Notes under the pieces: model-generated
Told to the model about the DNA's origin: nothing
What the model saw: only the letters and a program-made list of their open reading frames with translations
Databases searched by the model: none
NCBI RefSeq assembly: GCF_004010195.1
Contig: NC_057718.1
Coordinates: 34,497,239 to 34,561,238 of the forward strand
Source: Chiloscyllium plagiosum
Lineage: Eukaryota
Length of the DNA: 64,000 nucleotides
Direction: 5' to 3'
Translations under genes and position numbers: made by a program
Shown: positions 63,029-64,000 of the stretch, one piece after another
Position numbering within the stretch: the stretch's first letter is position 1
How the letters are laid out: every line of letters begins with the position of its first letter

Positions 63029-64000
63029 ATTATACGTTAACACTTAAATGTTATATGTTCCTCTTCTATATAAACTCGTACTTCCATATATATAGTTATA
63101 ATTTTAAAAGTCATAATTCAGCCGATGTCAACAGATGTATGGATATTTGTATGGGGGTTAGTTAACTGGACATCTATTTTGTGATCCTAACAACATGGGT
63201 TTAATTCCCTTACCAGTTGAGAAGGACTCTCAAATTACAGAGCAGTCTTTTGGGACTATACCTTTATATTTTTATAAATATATAAATTCTGGGAGGAAGT
63301 GTGCTTTGAGGGGGTATCAAATGAATGTAAAGTTCGACATGAGAGTTTTCAGAATTTATAATCACACAGAATCCTTCTTTCAATTAAATCCTAATCCAGA
63401 GTGCCTTGCATTCTATATTGATGGGTTGCAGTACACATAAGGACATAATCCAGCAGGAGTTTCTAAGTGTTTCAGAGGCACTATATATCATGCATTGCCT
63501 GGTGCGATATATCATTGAGGTTCAAAGCTTAATTCCTTATCAGCACCATATTGGGTGGAAGATTGCTACAAATCTTATCAATGTTCCAAGCTCAGGAGAG
63601 GAAAAACTAGACAAGGTTCCTGCATCTGATTAATGTCCAGTGACCCCTGCTGGAAAGACACCCATCTGTGGAAGAGAACAGGCTTGGGTTTTTCTGTGAT
63701 TTCCCAGTATGGTTAAAAGTTAGCATTCACCATCCTGGCTCAAACATGAAGATTAGTTGCTTGCGTGAAGCATTAAAGTGTTGACAGCATCTATAGAATT
63801 CATGCCAACATGAATCAGTGCCTCCAGAATAGAATAAGAACCAGAGACAACGATGGTTAAAAAGAAAGATAAACTTGTGACATCATTGCGTTTTCAGACT
63901 ATGCTTGGAAGTTTTGTAATTGCTGCTTGAAAGAGTTGAGTCCAATATTAGCTACTCAAGTAAGCCTGCATTTTCCAAAGGCAGTAAACTGGCAAATGTA

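Overview
Repeat-dense, apparently non-coding vertebrate DNA. The repeat set (HE1-like tRNA SINEs sharing a 3' tail with CR1/HER1-like LINEs, Penelope-like elements, Rex1/Babar, L2, RTE, Harbinger) points to a cartilaginous fish, probably a shark; this is inference from recognised motifs, not a database search. I found no host protein-coding exon or RNA gene I can support. Every recognisable ORF is a decayed or truncated transposon ORF. Three assembly gaps: 16399-16898, 26674-26925, 30775-31528. Main points of interest: (1) many Penelope-derived termini carry a minimal hammerhead-ribozyme motif with cross-family covariation; (2) five short fold-back Penelope insertions have 13-15 bp target-site duplications and an unpaired tail of about 33-37 nt; (3) a ~2.9 kb, 37-bp satellite appears to have grown inside an HE1-like SINE and shows higher-order structure; (4) two Harbinger-like relics retain Myb/SANT remnants; (5) several TE-free islands look like enhancers. 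Repeat boundaries were read by eye and are approximate unless a TSD or TIR is quoted.
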